Origin: Flectonema sp. DT1601
Taxonomy: Eukaryota
DNA: 64,000 bases
Assembly (NCBI GenBank): GCA_964019425.1
Contig: OZ025787.1
Location: 744,001-808,000 of the forward strand
Reading direction: 5' to 3'
Shown: in pieces, positions 10,897-23,247 of the stretch
How positions within the stretch are numbered: position 1 is the first letter of the stretch
Layout: each line of letters starts with the position of its first letter
Made by a program: the position numbers and the translations under genes
Notes under the pieces: generated by a model
Seen by the model: only the letters and a program-made list of their open reading frames with translations
Databases searched by the model: none
Told to the model about the DNA's origin: nothing

Positions 10897-13800
10897 CTAC
10901 CCAATGCGGTTGAGATCTTGATAAAAACTCGTGCCGTTTATGAGATTATCAGCAACTGCGTTTAGAAACAGATCAGAACCGGCTTCTTTCTTTATTGCAA
11001 TGCCGTTAGATGCAGCAAAGGCTGCGTTGTAGTCTTCTCCCCAACCCCATCCGGGTAAGGGAGATCTTACAAATGAACCATGTCCATCAGAACTTTCGTA
11101 TATTACAGAACGATAGTAAGTAATTTGATGGATTAAATATTTAACCGACGATATGATCCAGCTGTCTACTAATCTAGTTTGGTAGTCATCATCAAGTGAG
11201 GGAAGTTCACTAACTCCACACAGACAAGAAACATTTAAACGAACTGCTAAACGACACAGATCTTCAGCAACGACTATCGGATCTCCAACAGTTGCAATAA
11301 ATCGTTGTGTCTGTACACCTGTTTTCCCAAGATATACTGAACCTGAAGAGATTCCAATGTAAGCGGGTATCCCTTGATCATGAGTTATTCTAAAGAATAA
11401 AAGTGATGATTGTAAATGCCCACTATTATTTGATTGTATGTTCCAACCACCAGTAACAGTGTTTCCAGATAATCCGAGTGCGTCACCTCCAGACCTATCT
11501 ATTGATATTGCTATTCTTTTAATAGTGTCACAGAAACGAGAGATTCCAACTGATCCAGTGTCTATACGAGTAGTTACTGTTGCAATTGTTCCGTTCTTTC
11601 TTTTCTTTAATCCGATGTCTAGTTTTCCATACACGCTGCACACAGAATTATTCTCCGATGATGGAAGTGGCTCTTCGATTTCTCGTAGTCGTTCATCGCC
11701 TCCGCACTTCCTCGATGATATCATGTGAAGCAGTACAGTATCTTTGTATCCTCGTAAGGTTGTTCCTGGACATCGTAAGTAAGCGAGATCGCTGCAAATT
11801 AGATCATCGCTTTCCATTAGGACTACGTCAGACATACAAATACAACCAGGTTTACAGTACCCCTCAATACGTGATGCACGGTTTATCAAACTACCAACAT
11901 AGTCATACCTACCAGATATATTCTTATGGAGGCTGTAGTTGGTTCCATAATCGATTCCAATTCTAACTCGAAGTCCATTCCAGATGCCATCGACAGGGTT
12001 TGCGAAGCACTCCTGAAGAATAGAACCAGGCCATTGTGTTTCATATAATGCCACCTGGACCTCAATTGAAAACTCAACAGCACTAACACAGTTGTCGAAT
12101 GTTATCATAAAAGAATCTCCGATGGTCTTTACTTCAAAACCTCTGTGAGTTGAAATTAATTTTCTGATTAGTTTGTTGTGAATTTCAAGGCTCTCTTTCA
12201 TACCAGCTGGGTCACTCTCCCAAAGGGTAGTGCTGGATCGGATATCTGTGAAAACAACAGCGATGGACTCACCTTGTTCACCAGGTGGTTCAGAAAGATT
12301 ACCACAATCTGAATCTCCATCTTCAACGAACAGAAGTTTCGGAATATAGTTTCGATACTCGTGGAGATTTTCGATAGCAAAACGAAGGCCTTGAACAACT
12401 TCCAAGACTTCACAATTTCCGAAACAAGAAAATACCTGTTGCAGTCTTGTTTCTGCTTCCTGTAAGTCTAATTTACGCAAACTAACAACCGCAAAGGAAA
12501 CTTTTGAAAGAGGCTTTGCTAACATTAAATACTCTAATGTTCCGAGAACCACATCAAATAATAATATCGCTATACAGAATGCTATTAGTTGAACGAGTGC
12601 TTCAAACACTCTGTCGTTAACAGACGACACTGGTCGCATCCAAAGTAATTCGACTCTTCCCTTGTCATGGTGGTAAGAATATATTAGTGAATACCTTGCG
12701 AACCAATTTCCTGATTCCATATTGATGTTTTCAGTTTTATTTATTCGGGGGATCGGATTTGTTTTGTTTACGTCTCCTTCTTCGAAGTATTCCCCAAAAG
12801 TGATACGAACTTGCTTATTAGTGCTTGGTAAAGTGACTTTGAAGAACGTATCTAAGGGTTGCCATAACAACCTTCTCATCACTCTCTCTAATGTTGGTCC
12901 AAAAAATTCAGAACGTAGTTTACAGTCTGGTACTTCATCACAGTCAAGTACACAAGAAGCAAAGCATCCTGGCTTAGTATTTGGTGCTTCGAATAGAGTG
13001 TGGACGTAGACTACGTCTTGTAGTGCGCTGATTATAAATAAAGTGTCATCAGCTTTTTCGTAATCAAGAATGTAAGTTTCCCAAGCTTGAAAATTCATAG
13101 ACGAAATGATTAAAGTTCGATATCCAGGAAAGTTAATTAAACTGGGAAATGTTTTCACATAATTCAGATAAGTATAAGGTGTTCGATCAATAGAAACCCA
13201 AGTCAGAGGAGCGATGTCCCATCTAGGCTCTTCTTGTGCAGAAGCATACAACTCTTCATAATCAGATGGCGCTGCATCCATTGGCACAACTAAATCACCC
13301 GGTTTTCCAGTTTCCGAATCCATTAAGAAAACACCACCACCGTATAGACCAGTTTTGTTATTAAATTCCCACTGTTTGGCACACATGTACATCTTAGAAC
13401 GTTCTCCATTGTCACCAAAGACTGGATCAAACCAAACGACTGAGAAGATGAATCCGTCAGCTTCCTGTGTAGGGGGAGGGTAGTCTCTTATTAATGCTAT
13501 AGAGCTGCTGTAGAGTGTTGGGTTAGTTCGAATAGCTGCGAATTCAAAGGTTTTAAAAGCATCACTCAATTCAGATAAAGTTCCGTTGAAATTAAGAGAA
13601 AATCGATACGCCATATCTGCTGCCCACTCCGCATCAATAAACGTTTGTGAAAAACGAAGTCGGATTGCTTCAGCTTGATCTTTACTTTGATTTTTAATTG
13701 TGTCTTCGAGAACCTGTTTTTTTTTTTTCTGCCTGATTCCACATAAACGTTACTGAAATCGGATCTCAACACAAATATTTCCGAAATGGACAGCAAAAAA

Positions 13801-14581
13801 AAATAAAATAAAATAAAAAACCAGCATTTGGAGTCTAAGAGTGAGGGGGAGATTAGGAGCAAAAGCCCGAATCCAGGATTTAATCAAACAGAGGGACATT
13901 GCAACAATAGAATTCTGTACTCACTGCTGAAGTCACAGGCCTCACGAATCAGACGACGGAGTTACTGAATAATTTACAGTGTGCAGAGGCAGATCTGCAG
14001 TCAGTTAACCCTAACAAGGTCTTCCACACTGAGAGGTGTGATGACAATGTGTTCTCACGATGGTCATTTCTGACACCAGAAAGTCTGGACATCATTTTAC
14101 CGTTTTCATGCTCGCAAACAGGCCGATATGCCAGACTACTGTTCTGAATGTCAACTGCTTGCTCAGACGGCGATAGGCAGGTTGCGGGCAGCAAGCTGGT
14201 GGTACAACCTTACCGATAGACAGAAAGGCTTTGAGAGTGACAACACCTTAGATGATGTCATAGCACGGGCTATGCACCAGTATCGATTGAAATGTGGCAG
14301 AAACATGTTTAACGAAAGGACAGGCTTCAGACATAATCTGGGAATTTGCCAAGTGCCAAGATAGAGCCACCGCTTGATAACGTAAAGATCAGACGGGGGG
14401 GGAAACCCTGAATTGCTGTCTTTACACCAGTGGCCGATTAACAACTTGAGAAACAACAACATACATTTATTGACTCGTAGTACAACAACACACCAGCAGT
14501 TAAAGACATTACAGCAGATAGTATTGTAGTCATCACTATCAATACGTATGCCGGAATCGCTATTGTAGGTGTGTAAGGCAT
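10897..14581 (-). CDS. Receptor-type class III adenylate cyclase (977 aa; TM - extracellular domain - TM - cyclase - degenerate second cyclase domain)
   Basis: Exon 14465-14581 (MPYTPTIAIPAYVLIVMTTILSAVMSLTAGVLLYYESIN, TM helix) joins exon 10897-13713 in frame across a 751-nt GTATGT..AAACAG intron. Motifs VVFTDIRSST, EVKTIGDSFM (Lys = ATP specificity), LRVRIGI, YDYVGSLINRASRIE. Confidence 0.9.
13930..14300 (+). mobile_element. Decayed non-LTR retrotransposon reverse-transcriptase fragment, antisense within adenylate cyclase intron 1
   Basis: Frameshifted, correctly ordered motifs SDDGVTE / IILP / RPICQTTVL / CQLLAQTAIGRLR / LTDRQKGF..TLDDVI resemble GPDGI / IIP / YRPISLTS / KLLERII..RL / QxGFR..STxD of LINE RT. 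GC-richer than flanks. Confidence 0.6.
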
Positions 14582-15192
14582 CTTTCTGTTTTATGTGATC
14601 AACTGTTGTTCAGAAGCTACTTGTTATCATCACCCTTTCGACCCATTGGGATGTTGTTATCTGTGAAAGATATTATTGATGAAGCGGTTTATTATTATTT
14701 AGAGGTAATTCAAGATATCTATGCAACAAAGCACAGTAATATTGGAAAAGAAAGAAAAAAAATAAAGAGAAAGAGAAATAAACGGTGCGAACTAGGAATG
14801 AACTTCATTCCCGATAACGGAGCAGATATTTTTTCCTTTCCTTTTTTGTTTTGTTTTTCCCCAATTGACTCCCCACCTTGGAAGATAGTCTGGGTACCCC
14901 TGCTACTGCACTCGAACTTTCGGCGCGAAAAATTAAAAGAAAAAAACACGACAAGTCGAACATTCCCTTAAGTTAGGTGCATTTGCCTCAACAGTTTGAC
15001 AACCCATTGCTGGTTTTTGAAAAACAAAAAAATTGGGGGAGAGGAGTCTCGCTTAATCGCAAGAATACCTATTTTAGTCCTATTTTTTTTGTTATTTTTT
15101 AAAAAAAAAAAAAGAAAATATCTCAGCTCCAGGGTGTTGTTAATACTCTTATTTTTCGTTCTTATAGCTTGTCTCAGTAGACTAAGTAGTCA

Positions 15193-17393
15193 TCAGAACT
15201 TCATAGTCCAGGTTCGGATGGCACAATCCTGTTTTGTGTTAAAGAATATAAAATAAAAACCATTCAGATTAGCCTTATATTTCATTAGCCTTATATTTCG
15301 TTGAGTTGAACGCAGGCAAAATCCTGTCGCACGGGGAAAATAAATCATGACCATAAGAAATATCGGCTTTCAATCTGAATAGTTTCTTCTCCGACTACGT
15401 CGGTACAACAATTAAGTAAGTTGATTGTTATATTTATTTAGTTACATACCTGACCAGCGGTGATTACTTCGTTGGCGGAGTTCCAGCCGATGGCGTTAAC
15501 TCCTCCCAAGTGAGCAGCCTCTTGTTTAATTCTTGACTTGTCCGCGAGATTCCAAACAAGAACATGAGTATCAACCGATCCTGATGCGAGATGTTTACCA
15601 TCTGGTGAGAATGAGAGACATTTTACAGCAGCAGTATGGTAAGCCATATCACCTGGTCCAGTTGATTGTTTAACAGAATCAGCGTATTCCCAGGTCATAA
15701 TCTCTCTACTGCTGTCAGCTGTTGCGAACTTGCTGTCACCTCCCCAGGCTACCGCAGTGATAGCTGCCTTGTGTTGGTCTGCTACCTCAGCCACTTGTTC
15801 AAGTTTATCTCCCTTTACAGCGTAGACAACAAATTTCTTTTCTTTTGCACCGACCACAACAAACTTTCCGCTTGCTGATGCAGCACAGCATGTTGGAGTG
15901 AACGAGGTCGCAACTTTGCTCTTTTCTTCAGCAGTATCAGGAGAGACAACAAAGATTCCCTTATTGGTTGTGATTACAAGGTTTGCTCCAGCAACGGTAA
16001 CACCATTTGGACCACCGCTGACCTTGTTGCCGAGGAGCTTGAATTCACCCGACTTGAGATTTGTTACACCGACAGTATCATCAAGAGAAACAGTGATTAC
16101 ATTATCTCCTACTTGAGTGGATGCTGAGATGACTGAGCCGTGCATTTTCTTAGCTGCTGGTCTTGTACTCTTCTCTGAATCGCGAGCACCATCCGCCCAC
16201 ACCAAAACCGATGGATCACTGCTCGCAGAGACAACTGCTCCACATTTTGTTATAGTCAAAGTGTTGATTGGCTTCATGTGTCCTCTGAGTACCTTCACAG
16301 GTGTTGAGCCAGATCCAAAGACATTGATGTCTCCGTTGAAGGTAACAGAGACTGGTGAGTCCTTCACGTATGTGATTCCCATTTGCATGTAGTCAACCGT
16401 CTTGTCCTGTTTGGTGATTGTGAATAGCAACAGGAAAATAATAAAACAGAAGACTCAAGTATAAAAAACAACTACTAAACAAACCTGTACAGTCATGGTG
16501 GCTTCACAACTCTTGCTTTCGACATTCCAAATCTTTACCGTCTTGTCCGCAGACGCTGTGGCAAGTTTCTTACCACAAGGAGACCAGGCAATGCTGTAAA
16601 GAGATCCAGCGTGATCACATGGGATTTGACCTGTTTTCTCTCCAGTCTTTCCGTCATACAACAGAATTTGCTTGTCGCTGGATACACTTACAAACTGATC
16701 ACCAGATGGTGAGTATCTGACACAGTTTACGATGTTTGAGTGCCCCTTCTGAGCGAGTTTAAATTTAAATGGCGGCCCCTCGTAGAAGTTCACTTCCTGA
16801 TCTTCAGAACTTGTAACAATTCTAAATGGACGTTCCTTTCTAAAGTCGCAGGCAGTGATCGTCTTCGTGTGACCAGCAACGGATCCGACAGTCGACCCAC
16901 CGTCAACTAAGAACGCGGCACCGAATGAGTCGCGTCCTTCACCAACAGCAACCATTCTCTGGTTGTCTCCAGACCAAGCGATATCGTTAATAGGTCCAGC
17001 AATCACTTGAGTCTCTAACTTCACAGTGTGAGTGACATTGTCGAGTGCCCAAACAACAACATTTCCGTTCTTGTCTCCCGATGCGCAGTACTTTTGCGAT
17101 GGAGAAACTCTGGCAGATGTAACTGGGTGCTTGTTGCGGTGCACCTGTTGGTTTCGTTATTAAATTCTTCTTACGATAAAAAAAACCGCTCGACGTATTT
17201 ATCTTCAACAAAAACAACAACAACCGAAACATACCTTCAAAACCTCATTAGGCTTTTCAATACTACGGAGGTACACAAACAAACCGTTTCCGTAAACTAC
17301 GCTATTCTTCTCTTCATAAGAGGTGAGAGTGTACGGCTGCCCCCGGGTAGTTGTAGGAGCTGGGCAGATGACGGTGTTCTGCTCAATCGACAT
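15193..17393 (-). CDS. WDR1: WD repeat-containing protein 1 / actin-interacting protein 1 (603 aa)
   Basis: Exons 17235-17393, 16485-17144, 15450-16406, 15193-15228 join in frame via GT-AG introns. PAPTTTRGQP N-terminus, DIAWSGDNQRMVAVGEG, FRKERPFRIVT, FYEGPPFKF, HSNIVNCVRYSP are characteristic of AIP1/WDR1; length fits. Confidence 0.95.
15323..15408 (-). repeat. Intronic structured element, copy 1 (WDR1 intron 3)
   Basis: Shares ttgta-cgacgt--tcggagaagaaact-tt--gattgaaagc...atttctt...tgg...acagg with 56753-56841. Confidence 0.75.
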
Positions 17394-17620
17394 CTTACAA
17401 TTTAGAGGTTCTAAGGGGGTAGAATAATGTTTACGTTTTCAGAACAAAGGATGGGTCCACATTAATCCTTCTGACATCTGTCTCCACATAGTCATCGAGT
17501 TTATTGATTGTCTGTTCTAAAGAAGTGATAAGAGATGTGGTTGTAATAAAAAGTTTACTAAATGCTTACCTCACCAGTTTTCTACAAGTCTGGTTGATAA
17601 AGTAGACCGAAACACCCCAC

Positions 17621-18158
17621 TTAGTAGAAGAATCCAAGAACCTTTCCACCAGTACGCTTTCTACGGGCCTCCTCGTGGTCCATAATTCCGAGGGAGGTGG
17701 TCATAACAACAAATCCAAATTGACGGGATGGAAGGAGGTAGGTGGTGAACTCATCAATGTCAGGAAGAGCCATGTTGTATCTGTTTTGTATTTATTTCAA
17801 CGAGTACCTCAACAATACAATCTCCTTATTACAAAACTATTAATAAATACCTTGGGGATACGATACCGCACTTGTTAAGACGTCCGTTCAACTCGACAAC
17901 GATCTTTCCACCTCTGTGGTCATCAACAATCTGTTTTAATTAGAATAGGAATTCAAATCACTCTGTAAGCTTCCGCAGAAGTAAGATAAAAATAAAAATA
18001 CAAACCTCGAATTCGTTGATGTATCCGTGCTTCTGCATGCAGGTAAGGAACTTAACCAAAACCTTGCTGCTTGGGTGAAGAACGACCTGTCTCTTTCCCT
18101 TTCTGGAGGCGTTTGCCATCGTCTTGAGGGCGTCGGCCAAAGTGGACATACGAGTCAT
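17621..18158 (-). CDS. RPS15A: 40S ribosomal protein S15a (uS8), 130 aa
   Basis: Exons 18006-18158, 17851-17930, 17621-17780 give [12 protein letters not shown]...[27 protein letters not shown]...[38 protein letters not shown], 130 aa. Confidence 0.98.
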
Positions 18159-18562
18159 TGTTGGTGATGGGGGTGGTAAGCTGGTCTAACAAATAATTAA
18201 AGAAAACACGCCATCATATTTATCGACACAATTCCACATATGGATACAAAAAATCATGTTGTGAGATACGAGACAATCATATTCCTCGCCTCATCCCGTT
18301 TTCTTTTTCTTCTTTTTTCTTTTTTTTTTTTTTTTTTGGCTTTGCTCGATTTGGTTTTCGATCGCTTCCCAAGTCCCTCGAAGTCTTTACTTTGGAGTTG
18401 GAGGTGCTTTGTGGCTCTTTCGGGGAAAAGACACGAAGAGGATAAAGAAAAAAACAACAAAAAGAAAAAGAAAAAAAAAAACACAAAAATAAATGTGCAG
18501 TTAGACAAACAATAATTTCAACTGCTTCAAGTAAATACATAATCATGTAGTCGGTATTCCAT

Positions 18563-18938
18563 TTAGTACTTGTTAGCGACAACGAATGCGCACATTGTTA
18601 CTCCTTTTTTATTGACGTATTGGACCTGTTTGTGTTGATTTTTTGTCATTTTTTTAAGAATCACAAGACTTAATAATATCTAATAAGTAATTACAAACCT
18701 GAAGACACCTGTCTTCAGAAGTCTGCAGAGCAAACTGTTGCTTCACGCAACCAGAGCCTGGAGAGAGTGTCTCACACATCACAACTATTTTGTAACCGGA
18801 TTTCTTAAGTGCTTCATACACCTTTTCCTGCGCTGTTCTGGTCCATTCCTGTGCCCGTTCATCATCGTAGTCGCGATCGCCCAAAACATCCTGAAGGAGG
18901 TCAGAGATAGTTGCCTTCAATTGCTCTGGCTCGTCCAT
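18563..18938 (-). CDS. Tctex-1 family dynein light chain (100 aa)
   Basis: Exons 18699-18938 and 18563-18625 (73-nt intron). LGDRDYDDERAQEW..VYEALK..GYKIVV..ED..VQYVN pattern fits the Tctex-1 fold. Confidence 0.8.
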
Positions 18939-19361
18939 TTTTAAGAATTAAGTTAATCTCTGAAGGGAGAAATTTTCTTATAGTTTCAGTTGACCAACCG
19001 GGAGATGTGGTACTTGTTTTTGTTGCACTACTGTCAAGTGCCCTTAGCAAAGAAATATTTAATGAATCATCTTCTTATTGTGGTGTTGCCGTCGTGATAC
19101 TGAGAATAATACAAAAGAAGAAAACAGAATCAAATCGGCAAAAATAAGAAGTAGAAGAGTAAAAAAATAAAAACAAAAACACTGATAACTGCAGTCATCT
19201 TCGTAAGTATACAATTTCTTATTACAATTGGTATTTTAAAAGAAAAAAAAAAATCTCCACCAATCAACGCCGTAGACCATTACTCTAACTAGATAGAAAG
19301 GATGGAATCGACAGCAATGATGAGATACACAACAGCTGCCAAAGGCAGTACTTTACGAGTC

Positions 19362-22222
19362 TTATCGGTGAGAGTAACTCTTTGATCGGCTAACTGTTTT
19401 GTTTTTAATTGTTGTGAAAGTGTTACTACTTTGAGTTCCAATCAACAATCACATACACGAAGGAGGGTATCTGGTTATCTTTCCAGCTGAACGAGCAGCG
19501 GATGATTGTGTTGAAGAAGAGAAGTCTGTTTTGTTGTTAGTGAGTTGGTAATTAGTTTTAATCATCTACTTTATTGAAAGAGACTAATAGAGAAGTACAA
19601 ACCTTTATTGCTTCGCATTGCCACAGGCGGAGAGAGTGTGTTTCCACCGAGGGTGACTGAGAATGACCGCTGTCGTGCTTCACTTTTTCTAGGTGACTGG
19701 TTGGTGCCAACAGTAGCCAGAGGTGCTGGCCAGACGGCGCTTTTACTGATAACCTGCTGCTCCATGCGGTAGACCTGCCGCTCTGGTCTAGATAGGTACT
19801 GCTGTATGTGAGCTCTGACGTTAATTTTGTCTGGAGTTCGACCTCCCCAGGGTTTGTTTTTATCAATAACACCTTGTTCTCCCCACCTCTGCGGGTTCGT
19901 TGCTGATCGACTTCTCTCAGGACGTGATGAGATGGTACTGCCATCACAAGAATTAACACTTCGAGATCGTGAACTGCTTTCAAAAGCATTTCTCCCTCTT
20001 CTATTAACACTTCGTTCCAGTTTCTTATGTTTTCGTAGTAGTCGTCTAGCGAGTGTATTCTCTTCTATTCGATAGAATTCATAATCAGGATTAGATATTA
20101 ATTTAACAAAAGACTGATCCCTATGACTAACAGCCAGATTAACAACATAATTAATAACCTCATCTTCACTCTCTAAGTGTTGTGGAATACCCGGAAGGTA
20201 TCTTATGCTTGAATATGATTCATCACTTCTTTGAATAGGTGTCAAGGGCACAGATGTAATCATGTGAAGTAGCTTTGCTATGCCACCTATTCTCTCGACA
20301 GTTCCAAGGTTTAAATTATTTAATGTACTCGGTTCACCATTATGAGACATTATCCCAATTGGAACACCAAATTCAGAACCCATCCCATGTAAGAGACTAG
20401 AGAATGCCCAGGAACCTAATATTTCAGAACAGACTCGATCACCTGATAAACAAGCGTTTAGTATAGCTGGTGTTTGTCGATCGCTTTTTGGTTGAGGAAT
20501 GTTCGATGGGATTACATTAGAACGTGAGAATGAATGAATATTTGCAAATTGATCAAAATTACTATCAACAGGTAGTTGTAATCCGTTGGGAGTACTTGAT
20601 GTGCTTTCTGGCCATGATGTTGGGGTCTTTTTCCAATTAGAAGATCCATCTCTAGTTTTTGATACCCACCTCCCAGCATCTTCAATGTAATCATACTTAC
20701 CTCTCCATGAGGCAGTTGTTTGCGTTAGTCTGGCTGAAATATTCTTCTTCGTCGATGACGGTGCCGAAAAAGTCGATGACGGCGCTGTAAAAGTTCTCGA
20801 CGGCCATAAATGAACTTCTTTACCTAACCTCTCATATAAATCTCCTTCATAAAAATCGTCGATCTTAGCCTGAGAGCTAGCAGTGTGATTATGAATTGGA
20901 GAATTTATCATACTCGGACTACTGCAAACGTCGTGATGTGTAGCAGCTGGCCATGATTTTGGATTCTTCGCCCAATTCTGACGCTCAGATGCGGTCTCCG
21001 TGTGCCTCGACCAACACTCTGTGTCTCCTAAGTACTTTCTGGTTGGCGTACTTATACCTTTTGGAGACGCTGGAGTAGTGGTTAGGGCTGCAGGAGGAGG
21101 CTTCTTAAGCTGTCGCTGTACTGGTTTCTCAGGGGCTGTTATTGATACGCGGTGTGTACGAGGTGAGACGGCGTCGAATTTCATGTCATTTCGAACTTCG
21201 ACTGACTTTCTCAGTCGTGGACTTGAACGGGGACTCGACATCGCAAAGGAAGGACTTCTGCTGGTTGCGCAACTAACTCCTCCCAACAAACTCAAGTCCC
21301 GAAGTCCAAGTTCCGATGTGCGACTTCTTCTGGACATGAAACTGCTGCTGCCGTCCATATCACAAGCCCTTCTAATGTCTGCCAACACTCGGGAGTCTGC
21401 CTGTCCCCTGATCATTGTTGGCCATGGTAGTGAAGTTTCGAGTGTCGGTTTTAATCCAACTTCAACAGCAGTTTCTACACCTTTCTTATCTTCTTTTTTC
21501 ATGTAATCAGTGACGTTACCAATTCTAACAGGAGCTTGTCTATCAATAAATATAACATTTCCAGGTGTTAATTGAGATCGGGGGTTTGCTTCGATTCCTC
21601 TACGAATTCGAGTCATGAGCGCCGGTTCAAAACCGTTTCCGTGGAGGCAGAGAACAGTACATGCGATGTTTTCTGAAAGACCTTCAAGTAAGAAGTCAAC
21701 ACCAGATCTCTTGTCATTGGACATTATTCCACAAAAGTTTGCTTCTAAATCAGTGACACCACAACCCCATTTTAACAACAATCCCAACCCATGACAAGTG
21801 ATTGGATTAAATGACACATTTAGTTGTAAGATAGAACACGAAATCGAGTCCAGGCTTTTCGCTAATGAAGCGATTTCTTTGATTGTTAAATTGCACTGCG
21901 TCAAGTTTAAGTTGCTGGCAACCCAAGACTTGATACTATGCGTGATCTCTGGGAGGTATTCTCCAATGTGTGTTCCAGTCAGATCGATAGTTTCAACACC
22001 AGGAAGTTTAAGTATCAGATCAGAGAGTTTAGTCGCTGCTTCACTATCAAGTTCGAAGTTCTGAACTCTCAAAGTTCTAATTCCCTTAACCTTCTCATGA
22101 TCTGACAGAACATTATCAATCACATCGCTTATCTCTTCCTCTGTGAGTGATTGCTTCTGTCCATCTCCATAGACTGCACCTACTAAAAGTAAAACATCTT
22201 CTTCAATATGTGCGAGTGACAT
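19362..22222 (-). CDS. RNI-like leucine-rich repeat protein with long Ser/Pro-rich tail (~906 aa)
   Basis: N-terminal LRRs (IDLTGTHIG, LNLTQCNLT, LNVSFNPIT, LCLHGNGF). Exons 19603-22222, 19457-19525, 19362-19393; the two small 3' exons are inferred from consensus splice sites. Confidence 0.8.
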
Positions 22223-23247
22223 CTTCGTCTTTTTACATCTCTGTGAAACAGATAAATAATATTAAATTCGTAATTTAACATATGAAACGCTAATAATGCA
22301 TAGCAATTGTTTGACTGAAAGGCTTATGCAGTAGCAAATTGAAAATTAAAAGAACCTGCTGAAATATAAATATTTAAACAAAAACTCGTAAGATACTATT
22401 GCGAGCCGACCTTCTTTGTGCAGTCTCGAGTAGCTAACAGATCTTTTCAATAATGAAAAAAAAAAAAAAAAAAAGAAACAAAAACCAAAGAAAAAGATAT
22501 AGTTTCACGTGTTTTAATTACGGCGTGGCAGGGGATCGATAGCAACAACGGGGGTTTGGGGAAACTCAGCTGTGAAAACTAACTCCTTGCAAGGAGAGGC
22601 TGATATTGTTCTTGCGACATTCGTGTCGACAGCAATACAAGGAACTCCCTTCTAGTCCCTAGTATCAAGGTTTCATCTAAGCAATCACTTCAAATAGTAA
22701 CAAAAGCCACCAAAAGCCTTCAAACGGAACTCTCAAAGTAATTCATAATAAACAACAGGAAAAGTATGTGTAACAATTCACCTGTTATAATGTTAAATCA
22801 ATCAACTAATATTTTCTCATGCGGGGGGCTTAACTTAATCCGCGATAGTCACTACCCGCACCAGGAGAACACAATCGTTTTTTTTTTTTGAAAGAACAAA
22901 GTTCTCTGGGAATCTTTTTTTAAAAAAAATAAAATAAAAAAAAGTTTTCTCTCCAGACTTTCTAAATATCATTGAAGAATGAATATGTTCCTCTCACCCA
23001 ATTGTGATATGTACAACACGCCAATACATCAGCAGATGTCTACCTCTCCAATGACGTCAGATTGACGTCAGATAAAAATAATTACCCAGTTATCCAACTT
23101 ATTGAGTCTCTGCTGTAGTGGGGTTAATTAACACTTTTCGGTATATTTTTTCCTTCTTTTTTTTTTTTTTTTTTTTTTTTTGCTCCAAAAAAAGAAAAAA
23201 AAAAAAAAAAAAAAAGTAAATTACCAGGGAAGTAAGATTTCTAACGT

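Noticed and set aside
15323..15408. Intronic element as a hammerhead ribozyme or C/D snoRNA
   Set aside because: GAAAC is present but there is no CUGAnGA core, and no RUGAUGA/CUGA pair is shared by both copies.
23052..23073. Tandem TGACGTCAGAT x2 (CRE-like palindromes)
   Set aside because: Most simply an 11-bp slippage duplication; no support for a promoter inside a co-directional cluster.
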